Positions 1 to 12,539 of a stretch of 64,000 bases of DNA are shown here, piece by piece. The stretch covers positions 47,492,001-47,556,000 of the forward strand of contig NC_091994.1 of the NCBI RefSeq assembly GCF_044704955.1. The letters run 5' to 3'. The stretch's first letter is position 1, and every line of letters starts with the position of its first letter. The translations under genes were made by a program, and so were the position numbers. The DNA comes from Pristiophorus japonicus. Lineage: Eukaryota. The notes below the pieces were generated by a model. That model was not told the origin of the DNA. It ran no database searches and saw nothing but the letters and a program-made list of their open reading frames with translations.

Positions 1-26
1 AATGGTATTCTAGAGGTCACAATACA

Positions 27-150
27 ACTAAAATAGTTGTAATCAAGTGCTCCCTGATTAAAGGGGGAGGGGGCGCACACTTCAAAAACTTTTCAAGTGA
101 ACCCTTTTTTTTGAGGGCACTAGAAACACAAATTGTACAAGTGGAGGCCT
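27..150 (-). mobile_element. Short 3'-UTR fragment of a Tx1-like LINE
   Basis: Reverse complement resembles the Tx1 3' UTR at 17730-17870; flanked by CAATACA/CAATGCA; absent from the paralogous site near 31845. Confidence 0.5.
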
Positions 151-255
151 CAATGCAGAATGAATTAATACTCGCCTGGCGACGTGGGTTTATTAAGCAG
201 AACAAGCAAGGGTTCACGTGTGGTATTTGATAGAACCGTTTTGAGGAGAGAGGCT

Positions 256-2316
256 ACAGAAACAGAAAATAGGAACAGCATTCGGTCCTTCGAGTCTGCA
301 CTGCCATTCAATATGATCATGGCTGATCATCTATCTTAACACCATATTCCTGCTTTTTCCCCATACTCTTGATGCCTTTTTTTTTCTAGAAATCTATCTC
401 CCACTTAAATATATTCAGTGACTTGGCCTCCACAGCCTTCAGTGGTTGTGAATTCCACAGGTTCACCACCCGCTGAGTGAAAAAATTTCTCATTTTGGTC
501 CTAAATTTCCAACCCTGTATCCGGTCACCCCTAATTCTAGACTTCCCAGCTAGAGGCTAGAGGCAACATCCAGTCTATCCAACCCAGTCAGAATTTTATA
601 TGTTTCAATGAGATCCCCTCTCATTCTTCTAAACTCTAGGCCCAGTCGACCCAATCTCTCCTCATATGCCAGTCTTGCCATCCCAGGAATCAGTCTGGTG
701 AATCTTCACTGCACTCCCTCTGTGGCAAGTATACCCTTTCTTCAGTAAGGAGACCAAAACTGCACACAATAGTCCAGGTACGGTCTCAACAAGGCCCTAT
801 ATAACTGTAGTAAGACATCCTTGTTCCTGTACTCAATCCTCTTGCAATGAAGGCCAACGTACCATTTGCCTTCCTAACTGCTTGCTGCACCTGCATGTTT
901 GCTTTCAATGACTGGTGTACAAGGACATTCAGGTCCCTCTGTACATTAATATTTCCCAAGCCATCATCATTTGAATAATATGTTTTTCCTACCAAAGTGG
1001 ATAACTTCACATTTATCCACCATCTGCCACGTGTATGCCCACTCACTCAACCTATCTAAATTGCCTTGCAGCATCTTTGCATCCTCCTCCCAACTCACAA
1101 TCCCACCTAGTTTTGCATTGTGTTGTCAGCAAACTTGGAAATATTATATTTGGTTCCCTCATCCAAATCATTTATATATATATATATTATATATAGTGAA
1201 TAGCTGGGGTCCAAGCACTGATCCCTATAACATCCCACTAGTCACTGCCCACCACCCCGAAAAAGACCTGTTTATTCCTACTCTCTGTTTTCTGTCAGTT
1301 AATCAATTTTCAATCCATGCCAATACATTACCCCCAATCCTATGTGCTTTAATTTTGCACAATAACCTCTTTTGTGGGATTTTATCAAAGGCCTTCTGAA
1401 AATCCAAATACACCACATCCACTGGTTCTCCCTTATCTATTCTATCAGTTACATCCTCAAAAAACTCCAGTAGGTTTGTCAAACATAATTTTCCTTTCAT
1501 AAATCCATGTTGACTTTGTTTAATCCTGTTGATATCTTAGTGTGCCGTTGCCACATCCATTATAATAGAGTCTAGCATTTTCCCTACTACTGATAGGCTA
1601 ACCAGTCTGTAGTTCCCTGTTTTCTCTCACCCTCCTTTTTTAAATAGTGAGGTTACATTTGCCACTCTCCAATCTGCAGAAACTGTTCCATAATCTATAC
1701 AATTTTGGAAGATGACAACAAATGCATCTACTATTTCCATGGCTACCTCTTTTAGTACTCTGGGATGCAGCTCATCAGGCCTTGGGGATTTGTCGGCCTT
1801 CAGTTCCATTAGTTTCTCCAGCATTATTTTCTTACTAATACTCATTTCATTTAATTCCTCTTGCTCACTGGACCCTTGGTTCCCTAGCATTTCTGGGACG
1901 TTATTTGTGTCCTTTTCCGTGAAGACAGGACCGAAGTATTTATTGAATTGTTCTGCCATTTCCTTGTGCCCCATTACAAATTCTCCCATTTCCGTCTGTA
2001 AAGGACCTACGTTTGTTTTCACTAATCTTTTTCTTTTTACGTACTTGTAGAAACTTTTGCAGTCGGTTTTTATATTCCTTGCAAGTTTACTCTCATACTC
2101 TATTTCTCCCCTCTTAATCAATCTCTTGATCCTTTTTTGCTGAATTCTAAACTGCTCCCAACCCTCAGGCTTGCTACTTTTTCTGGCAACTTTGTATACC
2201 TCCTCTTTGGATCTAATACTATCCTTAATTTCTTTTGTTAGCCACTTTTCCTTTTGTGTTTTTACACCAGAAAGGAATGTATAACTGTTGCAATTCATGC
2301 ATTCGTTCCTTAAATA
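256..2316 (-). mobile_element. 5'-truncated, degenerate CR1 LINE (ORF2 RT region and 3' tail)
   Basis: ORF fragments with CR1 motifs (KSFYKYVKRKR, DKSPRPDELHPRVLKE, DWRVANVTSLFKKG, DVVYLDFQKAFDKIP); AGAAAC-type tail near 256; site empty in duplicate copy 2 (~31945). Confidence 0.92.
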
Positions 2317-4499
2317 TTATTGATGAGTGAAATGCAGCAGATGTTGTGTATATGGAGTTTCAAAAAGGGGTTTGATAACCTGCAACATTAGAGGTTTGTT
2401 GATAAAACTAGAGGGAGTGTGGAATTGTTGAACAGAGATAAAAGATATATCCGGGATGAGAGGCTTTAGTTATGAGGAGGGTCGAGAGTAATTGAAGACT
2501 TTTGCAGATCAAGGAAGGTTAAGAAAAGATCTAATACAGTTGCTCAGAACTTTTGGTAAGGTAAATCAGGTCAAAACTATTTCCAGTGGTTGGTGAGTTA
2601 GTAATTAGAGGGAATAAATTTAAGATTATCACCGAAAGAATGAAAGGAAAGGGCTGGTGAATGTTTATTTTGTGGAGGGGAGTTGGGACATGGAATACCA
2701 ATCAGAAACAGTGGGGGAAACAATGCAAACAGGTTTTAAAGGGGAAGTGAATATAAATTTGCAAAATACTATTGAAAAGGGCATTTGAAATGGAACCAAG
2801 TGGCTGGGTCTTTCAAAGCACCAGCATAGGTGCATGGGTCGGATGGCCCCATTCTGTGCTGTCAGATTCTATGGTTCTATGTGTGGTCACGGAAGGAGTG
2901 CATTGTGTGGTCGAGTGTACAGACACATGTCCCAACTTCTCCCAACACTTTTTTCTCAACGTGATTAGGAAAGGCCCGAGCCCATTCTGAATTGAAACTT
3001 AACCTTATGTATGCAGTGAATGGGAGGCAGCATGTTTGGTTGGGGTTGGGTTAAGACTGGAAATCCTATGGGATGCATTATATTCCATGATCTCTCGAAT
3101 AACCCCACACTGAAAGGTCATATCTTTCAAGCTAATCTACAATTTTTATTAATTTCAAGACACAAATATACATGAAGCAAGTTAAATCAGCAGAGAAAAT
3201 AGCAACACACTAATTTTCAGATACTTTCAAGCTTTCTCTGTGTGTAAATGAGCAAAGTGTTTTGAGATTCTTCGTCGTTTATCAGAGTTCTTTCTGTGAG
3301 CTTTTGTCGTATGTGGACATCTCGGCAATCATAGTAAAGTCTCAACATGGTGACCTGGAAACACGGGTCACCTGAATGGACTGAAGATGAGCAGCTATTG
3401 CAAGGCCCTTATGCCAGAAAACCCTCTCACATCACAGGTGCTAATTTTGAGATCTCACCCCTCCCCTCACCCCCCAGTCTCCAGGCATGATGCACCCCCT
3501 GGTCGGATTGCCATTGCAAATTATACAAATTTTTGGTCTGCACTCGATATTCTCTTGAGTTTGGTGTCAATGTTCACTCCCGTAAGTGGAGCTCTCCTCC
3601 CCTACGATCGGGAGAGAATCCTTATTGTCCAATGTGTAGTTAAATAATAGTGCGACCCAGGGATTGTAACAATAAGATGCCTTATGTTGTGTGTGTGACA
3701 TTAATGTCTCATGCACTGCCACTTCTGTTAGCCTATTTAAGGCAGTTTGAAAAGAGAAACGAGTGAGAGGAGGCCAATTGTAAACTAAACTGGTTTACTA
3801 TGAGTGAAATATGTGAACGCGTCAGAATGTCGTTTTCACTGCATATTTCAATCAATTGCCTGTCATCTACAAGGGGAGTTTTTCCAGGGCTGGGAACAGG
3901 GCACACTGGAATCCTGGGCTATCAGCAAGTTGGGCAGGTCAAAGCACACACCTGTAAAGCAACCACCTCCCCCCGGCCCCACCCCCACCCCAGTTTCCCT
4001 CAGACCCAACACATTCTCTGATATTTGCAGCTTCCAGGTAACAGCTCTGTCTCAATCTGCCTGTTGCAGATTCAAACTGCCCTGGGCTCACTTCTAGAGA
4101 GGCAAAGGCTGACCTCTGATGTCTCTATGTCAACATTGGCTCATCAAGGCAAACCACACTGTCATTTATATAGCGTCTTTCACAACCTCACAGGGTCCTA
4201 AAGTGCTTTAAATCCAATGATGTGCTTTTTGAAATGTAGTCACAGTTGTAATGTAGAAAATACAAAGAATACATCAATTTCTGATAGCTGCTTCATCTGA
4301 TATTCAAACTAATAGTCCTAATCGATATCTTGGATAGCTTGTGTGTCTCTGGTAGTTAGGCAGAACTGAATTTAACTTCACAGCAACACCTTCAAATAAA
4401 TAAAAAACAAACTAACGTTTAGGCCAAGTAGGTAAAACTCTCAAACTATGAGTAATGGCTCTGTCTCTCTCCAGAATGACAAACTGTGCACATTCTCAG

Positions 4500-5100
4500 A
4501 GGAACTAATCAAACCAACATTGTCTGAGATTCATTTATGAACAGAGGTGAGCTATGCTTTGAAGCTAGCTCCTGTAACCTTGAATAGGGGTAACTGTTAC
4601 TCCTGGGCTGCTGTATGATGCACAACACCCATATTGTGGCAGGCCTTGGTTCCTGGGAGACTTGGTCTGCTTTTGGAAACTGCCTTTTAGCCATGGCCAA
4701 AGGACAAAAGAGTTGGGAAAAGCCCGATCCAATGCAAGGTGCACTATGGGAAGGGAACCCACATCTCCTGTTTGCTCGACTCAAAGTAACAAAATTTTTC
4801 CATTGAGAAACTTTGGTGAAGGGCAGGACATCACAAAGGTTGAAAAGAGTAGGGTCCTGTGGGTGAGATAAGGAACTCAAGAATGAAGACAACATTGGGG
4901 TTACAACAGCTGGATTATAGGAGGAAGGAGAGACTCAGGAGTTCCATATTTCTGGCACGCTTGAACAAATGAGTTAAAATGGGGGACATTGTGATAAGTC
5001 TTGATTTCAACACAGTGACAATGTAGGAAGAATGAAGGGTCTGTAGGACAGACTATTTTTAGCTCAGTAGGAATAGGAGAGGAATGTTCATATAACCACA
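4500..5100 (-). mobile_element. Possible highly decayed non-LTR reverse transcriptase remnant
   Basis: Translation EIKTYHNVPHFNSFVQACQKYGTPESLLPPIIQLL weakly resembles the RT segment DxxKAYDxVxH...L.K.G.P......I..L. Confidence 0.3.
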
Positions 5101-6009
5101 ATAATGATCAAATAGAGAGAACTGATATTTCTGAGAGAGAAAGAAGTGGTGAAGCTGTGCTCCCAGAATGCACCATGCTGTTATAAAATGTGTCTCTGAC
5201 AGCTCGAAGGTTCGGGCCTGCTTCGGCCTAAAGCCATGTTGAGCTGGAGGTGGACTGGAGTTTTTTGTTTGCAGTGAGCAATTTATCTACTTTTCCATTT
5301 AGTTATGTGCTCGGGCCTGGTGAGGAGTTGCAGCGTAATCAGGGTGGGCGAGGACAGGTGGGGGCAGGAAATGGGGGGGCGGGACTTGGCGATAATATGA
5401 GCACAGGGATTTCCCCAGGAGCTGGGATGGCCAGTAGTTGCATCTACCCCTTTGTAGCCGGAGGTATTAAAAGGAAGTGGGACTGGTGGGATAGTGTTGT
5501 CTGCTGGAGCTTTGCCTCCTGAGCCCTCAGCAAGGCGTATGCTGTCAATATACAGGGCTGGGCCCACCAGGGTGTTCCAGGATATCTTAATGGCTTAGAA
5601 CACTCGAATGCTGGAGTTGTGGCCAGCAATAAATGGGGTCCAATATCAAATGTTCTGAGATTTTTATAGTTGGACCTACCAGCTTCGCCCAGCCTGGAAA
5701 ATGCCATGTTTTACTCTCCTCCCCTCTAGTGCACGCCCAAGTTTGCACTGATACTGACATGGGTGTGAGTGACATCATCTGTCTGATCTCAGGATCTCGG
5801 TAGGGTCAGACTCTTGGGTCAGTGCACAGTGCCCACTCCATCACCATGGAGACGGATCGGGTGTCGGCCTTTGGCTGACGGTATCTCTGATTGTTTTCCT
5901 TTGGGAACTGTTCCTTTAAATCCAGGCACAGTACAAAGACAGCTGTAAGGGAACTGACTGAAATTCAGATTCCAGTGCAAAGTATTGCCTTTGAGAGGGC
6001 GACAGATAT

Positions 6010-6245
6010 GATGAAAGGTGAAACGCAGTGGATGTGGTGTACACGGACTTTCAGAAAGCCTTTGACAAGGTATCACACAGGAGACTATTGGAGAAGATTC
6101 AGGGGGAGTGGAATTAGGGGAAGGATAGCAAATTGGATTAAAACTGGTTATAATGGGGGAGACGGAGTGTAGGGGTTAAGGGCAGTTTCTCAGAGTAATT
6201 GACAGTGGTTAGTGGTGTGTCACCGTGTTCTGTTCTGGGATCATT
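6010..6245 (+). mobile_element. Old CR1 RT fragment
   Basis: gtggatgtggtgtacacggactttcagaaagcctttgacaagg (VDVVYTDFQKAFDK). Confidence 0.75.
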
Positions 6246-6365
6246 TATAAAACAAAGCTAGAAACATGCCAATAACACTGGCCCGGATTTTGCGTTAAGA
6301 ATAACGGTGAGGTAAACAGCACTCACTGTTATTGTGGAGTAAATCGGACAGCAACTTCCGGAGTC

Positions 6366-6790
6366 CATCATCATCATCATAGGCAGTCCCTCGAAATGAG
6401 ATGTCTTGCTTTGAAGCCAAAAACAGATGAGTTCACAGGTGTTTCAATGAAGAACCTAATATTCCACGTCCTGAACTACATCCTGAAGGGTGGAAGATGC
6501 CTGTGCATGGATTTTTTTTAACATGGGGTGGCCGTTGCACACCAGCCACTACACGGGCTTGACAGAGCGAGGTCTTGGTGCAGTGGCAAGGGTTAACCAA
6601 GACAACTGGAGACCTGCTCTGCTGCACGGGCCTAGTGCACACACATATCGCAGTGTGGGCTGGCCCATGCTGCCTCTGGGCCCTCGCCCCTTCTGGTCCC
6701 GAACTCTCGCCTCTCCTGGGCCCCGATCACTTCCCTCTACAATCTCTTGCCGCTCCTTCGCCCGGACCTCGCCACTCCTGCTCCATCTGC
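6366..6790 (-). mobile_element. Non-autonomous retroposon with (GAT)n tail, probably RTE-dependent
   Basis: (ATC)n run at 6367-6380 followed by aggcagtccctcgaa, typical of an RTE-type 3' end in antisense; GC-rich body. Confidence 0.5.
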
Positions 6791-7365
6791 CACAATTCAC
6801 AATTCCTGTTATCACTACCACTTGGGAATTTAGCAATAGGAAACATTTCTTTATCCCTGGGATCATAATCCAGTCAAATAAATTTGTTTTTATGTCACAA
6901 ATTTACTTCAATAGAGAACACTACAGAAATGTCAAGTTTCCTATTAACAAAATAATAAAGCAACCATAGTCTTCAGTGAAGTCCACACACGCGCAGTTAA
7001 ACATGGAAATCCGCCAATTGCTGTCTGATTTTCCCTGCTCCTCCAGAAGCTTCACTCCATCGGTACCTCGCATTGAAACCATTGTAAGGCGTGAAGTTGT
7101 GGAACCCAATAAACACGCTGCATAAAGTTAGAACTGGCTCATTCAGGTGTAAGTGAATTTTTAACGACATGATAACACTTAATTACTGTCAAACAAACTC
7201 TCTTGCACTGAAAATTTAATTTTACAAGTGTGGAGATTAATTTCTTCAGAATTGAATTATTGTTGGAGATTTTATAAAAGTAAAAATTACAATCATTTAA
7301 AAAAAAAATTCTGCCTTTTTTATGTCTCACTCTTAATGCCATCTTTCTTTTCCTCACTTTATTTC

Positions 7366-7580
7366 TGTTATGTATTTAACCCTTTATAACCTGCATCACA
7401 CCTGACCACCAGAGGACCCACCTGTTGGAGTCCCAAGGTATCCCAGCATCCCTTAGGAGCACAGTATATAAGCAGGCCACCCACGAGGTACCTGCACTCT
7501 GGAATCTTAATAAAGGAGCTAAAGTCACACTTGTTCATTACACACAGTACTCAGTTTCACCATTTATTATGAGTGTAACA
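7366..7580 (+). mobile_element. Solo LTR of the Gypsy family found at 37868-42383
   Basis: TG...CA termini, 5-bp TSD ATTTC (7361-7365 and 7581-7585), TATA-like and AATAAA signals; reverse complement of LTR 37868-38082. Confidence 0.93.
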
Positions 7581-7749
7581 ATTTCCCTTTCTGTAAGTGA
7601 TTTTACAATGAATTAAACATTCCAAATCTTTTCAACGGCATTTTTATATTTTATTGAAGTCGTGGCTTGGTGCAATAGATTTTAAAAGTTTGTGTAGGGA
7701 GTGCTCCTGGACGCGTGCAAGTCTTTGGATGGTAAAGGAAGGCCTCTGT

Positions 7750-7925
7750 GAAGACAGGAAATGCTGGAAATACACAGCAGGTAAGGCAGCATCTGTGGAG
7801 AGAGAAACAGAGTTCACATCTCAGGTCGATCCGCTGCCTGACCTGCTGAGTATTTCCAGAAATTTCTGCATTTATTTCAGACTTCCAGCATTTTCTGTTT
7901 TAATTTGCGATTTCCAGCATCTGCT
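7750..7925. repeat. Palindromic short interspersed repeat, possibly Penelope-derived (paralog ~42760-42935)
   Basis: Inverted arms gctggaaatacacagcaggtaaggcagc / gctgcctgacctgctgagtatttccag. Confidence 0.55.
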
Positions 7926-8410
7926 AGCAGAGGGAAGGAGAAGGCGCAGAGGAGGAAGACACAGAGAGATAGAAGCAGAAGAGGAGGAAGCTGATGGGAG
8001 GATGCAATGCAGACAGCCCCTTTCTGGCCGGGATATCCGGGATGGAATCATTCACCTGCAGTACCAGTGAGCACAACCCCAATGCCCCTTTCAATATTTG
8101 TCCCCACCTTACCTTCCCTCTGTTACTGACCATCACAGCGTTCGCTTGGCCACAATGCTGAAATAAAACCCACCACAATGCAACCATTCCAATCCAACTT
8201 TATACATTTATTCATCCAACATGACCAGAAATCAACTAATCACCCTTATGCATTCCCTTAGTGACTGTCTTGTGTGTGCCTTTACCTGTCCTACTGATGT
8301 CACTCAGTGCTACCCCAGTGTCTGCAGCATGGCTGGTGGGAGGCTGCTGACTTTCAGTGGGGGACACTGCAGATGGCCTTGTATGTCGCCCTCTAGGAGC
8401 TGGTGGCTGG
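7926..8410 (+). mobile_element. Probable PIF/Harbinger remnant (acidic transposase C-terminus and downstream region); paralog ~42936-43430
   Basis: Reading frame ends EEEEADGRMQCRQPLSGRDIRDGIIHLQYQ*, resembling HARBI1-type transposase tails (acidic run then R..II...F/Y). Confidence 0.4.
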
Positions 8411-8420
8411 GAGTGTCAAA

Positions 8421-8595
8421 TCTTCTTCTTCTCCCTCCTCCTCCTCTTCCTCCCTCCTCCTCCCTTCTCCTCCCTCCTTATCTCACCTCCTCCTTCTTCC
8501 TCCTCCTGCTTCCTCTTCTTCTCATTTTTCTTCCTCATCTGCATCTTTCTGCTCCACTTCCTCTTCTTCCTCCTCTTTTTCCTCTTCTTCTTCTT
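8421..8595. repeat. Polypyrimidine (CCT/CTT)n tract; paralog 43432-43620
   Basis: Directly visible low-complexity sequence. Confidence 0.9.
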
Positions 8596-8709
8596 AATGC
8601 ACAGAAGGAAGTTTAGCTTTAAGAGCTGAAGACTGCCATTTTAGAATTATTTTTTTGGAGAAGGCAGTTGAGCTCTAAGGGCTTAAATACTAGCTATTTT
8701 TGTGGATCA

Positions 8710-11217
8710 TTTACTTGGCATTTCGGGCGAAGGTGGTTGAAAATGCTTCAGCCTTGTCTTTTGAACTCACGTGCTGGGCTCCTCCATCATTGAGGATTGG
8801 GATTTTCATGGAGCCTCCTCCTCCCGTTAGTTGTTTAATGGTCCACCACCATTCACGGCTGGCTGTGACATGACTGCAGAGCTTTGATCTGATCCTTTGG
8901 TCGTGGGATCGTTTAGCTTTGTCTGTAGCATGCTGCTTCTGTTGTTTAGCATGTATGTAGTCCTGTGTTGCAGTATCCCCAGGTTGGCACCTCATTTTTA
9001 GGTGTGCCTGGTGCTGCTCCTGACGTGCTCCTCTACACTCTGCATTGAACCAGTTACATAAGAACATAATATAAGAAATACAAACAGAAGTAGGCCATTT
9101 GACCACTCGAGCCTGCTCCGCCATTTAATAAGATCATGGCTGATCTGATCATGGACTTAGCTCCGCTCCCCTGCCCACTCCCCATAACCTTTTATTCCCT
9201 TATTGCTCAAAAATCTGTCGATCTCCGCCTTAAATATATTCAATGACCCAGCCTCCACTGCTCTCTGGGGTAGAGATTTTCAGATTTACACCCTCAGAGA
9301 AGAAATTCCTCCTCATCTCAGTTTTAAATGGGCGGCCCCTTATTCTGTGACTATATGTCCCCTAGTTTTATTTTCCCCTATGAGTGGAAATATCCTTTCT
9401 GCATCCACCTTGTCGAGCCCCCTCATTATCTTACATGTTTCGATAAGATCACCTCTCATTCTTCTGAACTCCAATGAGTATAGGCCCAACCTACTCAACT
9501 TATCTTCATAAGACAACCCCCTCATCTCCGAATCAACCGAGTGAACCTTCTCTGAACAGCCTGCAATGCAAGTATATCCTTCCTTAAATACAGAGACCAA
9601 AACTGTACACGGTGCTCGAGATGTGGCCTCACCAATACCATGTACAGTTGCAGCAGGACATCTCTGCTTTTATACTCCATCCCCCTTGCAATAAAGGCCA
9701 ACATTCCATTGTCCTTCCTGATTACTTGCTGTACCTGCATACTAACTTTTTGTATTTCATGCACAAGGACCCCCAGGTCCCTCTGTACTGCAGCACTTTG
9801 CAATTTTTCTCCATTTAAATTATAATTTGCTTTTCTATTTTTTCTGTTCAAGTAGATAACCTCACATTTTCCCACATTGTACTCTACCTGCCAAAGTTTT
9901 GCCCACTCAATTAGCCTGTCTATATTCCTTTGCAGATTTTTTGTATCCTCCTCAGAATTTGTTTTTCCACCCATCTTTGTATCCTGGTCCCTAGCTTGAT
10001 GGTAATGGTGGAGTGAGGGATATACTGGGCCATGATGTTACAGATTGTGGTGGAATATAGTTCTGCTGCTGCTGATGGCCCACAGCGCCTCATGGAAGGC
10101 CAGTTTGAGCTATCCCATTTAGCATGGTGGTAGTGCCACGATGGAGGGTGTCCTCAGTGTGAAGATGGGTCTTCGTCTCCACATGAACTGTGCTCTGGTC
10201 ATTGCTACCAATACCATCATGGACAGATGCATCTGCGACAGGTAGATTGGTGAGTTGAGGTCATGTATTTATTCCCACGTGTTGGTTCACGACGTGCCGC
10301 AGGCCCAATCTGGCAGCTTTGTTCTTCAGGAACTGCCAGCTCAGTCAGTAGTGTTGCTACCGAGCCACTCTTGTTGATGCACATTGAAGTAATCCACCCA
10401 CAGTACATTCTGTGCCCTTGATACCCTTAGTGCTTCTTCCAAGTGGTGTTAGCCATGGAGGAGTAATGATTCATCAGCTGAGGAACGGCGGTAAGTGGTA
10501 ATCAGCAGGAGGTTTCCTTGCTCATGCTTAACCTGAAGCCATGAGACTTTGTGGGGTTCGGAATCAGTGTTGAGAACTCCCAGGGCCACTACCTACTGAC
10601 TGTATTCCACTGTGCCGCCCCCTCTGGTGGATCCGTCCTGCCGGTGGGTCAGGACATACCCAGGAATGGTGATGGAGGAGCCTAAGACATTGGCTGAATA
10701 GTATGATTTTGTGAGTGTGACTATGTCAGGCTATTGCTCTCCCAATTTTGGTACAAGCCCCAGATATTGGTAAGAAGGACTTTGCAGGGTCGACTGGGCT
10801 GCGTGTGCCATTGTCATGTCCGAAGCCGGTGTCGATATCAATGCTGGATGTTCTCTCCGGTTTTATTCTTATTATTGTTTTCCGTAGCGTTTTGTACAAC
10901 TGAGTGGCTTGCTAGGCCCTTTCAGAAGGCAGCTAGGAGTCAACCACATTGCTGTGTGACTGGAGTCACGTATAGGCCAGACCAGGTAAGGACGGCAGCT
11001 TTCCTTCCCGAGAGGACATCTGTGAACCAGATGGGTTTTATGACAATCCGGTAGTTGCATGGTCACCATGACTGATACTAGCTTTATATTCCAGATTTAT
11101 TCAATTAACTGAATTTAAATTACCCAGCTGTCGTGGTGGGATTGGAACTCACTTCTCTGGATCATTAGTCCAGGCCTCTGGATTAGTAGTTCACTAACAT
11201 AACCACTGTGCTACTGT
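8710..11217 (-). mobile_element. Degenerate APE-type LINE (clade unassigned) with a tRNA-like 5' head; paralog ~43735-46257
   Basis: APE motifs LTNIWGLVPKLG, PDIVILT, GGGT, LLLITTYR; downstream REWWWTIKQL and KDKAEAF; A/B-box head at 11138-11213; interrupted by a CR1. Confidence 0.75.
9055..9982 (-). mobile_element. 5'-truncated CR1 nested in the previous LINE; paralog ~44090-45012
   Basis: CR1 C-terminal motifs (YNVGKCEV, QRDLGVLVH, LVRPHLE, RRMRGDLIET) and ACATAAGA-type tail. Confidence 0.92.
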
Positions 11218-11219
11218 AC

Positions 11220-12210
11220 TTACATTGGCTTTTGAGTGGGCAATGCTTAGATTCTAAAATTTTCATCCTTTCTTTCTATGGTCTCACCCCTCCCCATCTC
11301 TGTAATGTCCTCCAGCCCTACGACCCTCCAATATCTCTGCACTCCTCCAATTCTGGCATCTTGAACATCGCTCCATCATTGGCACCATGCCTTCAGCAGC
11401 CTAGGCCCCAAACTCTGGGATTCCTTGCTAATCCTCTCTGCCTCTCTACATCTCTCTCCTCCTTCATGACGCCATTAACACCTATCTCTTGGAGCAAGCT
11501 GAAGGTCACCTGTCCTAATATCGCTTTATGTGGCTTGCTGTCAGATTTGTGTCTCATTACGCTCCTCCGAATCTCCTTGGGACATTTTCTATTTTAAATG
11601 AGCTAGATAAATGCAAGTTGCTGTTGAGATATGTAATGCAAAGCTTTTGTTCTGTATATGTAATGCAAAGCTATAGGCCATGGGCTAGACTGTATTCGAG
11701 CATTAGAAGCCCAGGCACATCCGTCCTATTTGTGTGTACATTTGTAATTTGCTGCCTCATTGAGTGGGCTGTTTGACTATCTTAACTTCATAGTTAGACT
11801 GGACTACCCACTGAGCCACGGCTGACACTAGTCACTGCTCATCCTTCATCGCCTCATGCCTCCCTATCTCTGTAATCTCCTCCAATCCTAGAACCCGCCC
11901 CCCCTCCCACTTCTCTGAACTCACCGTTCCTGTGACTCGGGCATTTTTTACATTCTGCCCTTCCTTTGTCTCACCATTGGGGGCCATGCCTTCAGCCGTC
12001 TAGGCCTCATGCTCTGGAATTCCCTCCCTAAACCCTTCTCTCTCTCCACCTCCTTCACTGACTTGAAGACCTTCCATAAAACCCCCTCTTTGACCAAGCT
12101 TTCAGTCACCCCTCCGAATATCGTCTTTGTCTCGATGTCCTTGTTGTCTGATTACACCTCTGTGAGTCGCCGTGGGCTTTCTACTATGTAAAGGCAGGTT
12201 GTTGCTGCTG
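11220..12210 (+). mobile_element. Two L2-like 3'-end fragments (about 11220-11625 and 11840-12210); paralogs ~46260-47250
   Basis: Related segments (gccttcagc...ctctggaattccctccctaaacc) ending in ataaatgcaagttgctgttg / aggcaggttgttgctg tails. Confidence 0.6.
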
Positions 12211-12539
12211 GGAATGGTGGGGGATGCGGCCTGGTTTTGGGCTCCTGATTCCCTTCTTTGGGAGCCATGTAGGGCTGACCGGCACCTTATTGATTTGGGA
12301 CAAGTTGCTGGATGAAGAAAATAAAGGAAAGTGTCAACTGTAGTGGGACGGAGCTCCTAATTCATGCTGCAGTACTCAGCACATTGTTGATAATCACTTC
12401 CTGGAGGACAGTATAAAACGGCCTTGAGCCGCGCAATCCAAGAACTTACTGACTTTGCAAATTGTAACTCGATCCATTTTGACTTCTTGAAGTGACAGAG
12501 GGCAGAGCTCCCCAGCAGACAGCAAGGACCACCCAAAGT

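Noticed and set aside
8221-8629. Leu/Ser/Phe-rich membrane-like ORFs (also 43232-43654)
   Set aside because: Artefacts of polypyrimidine tracts.
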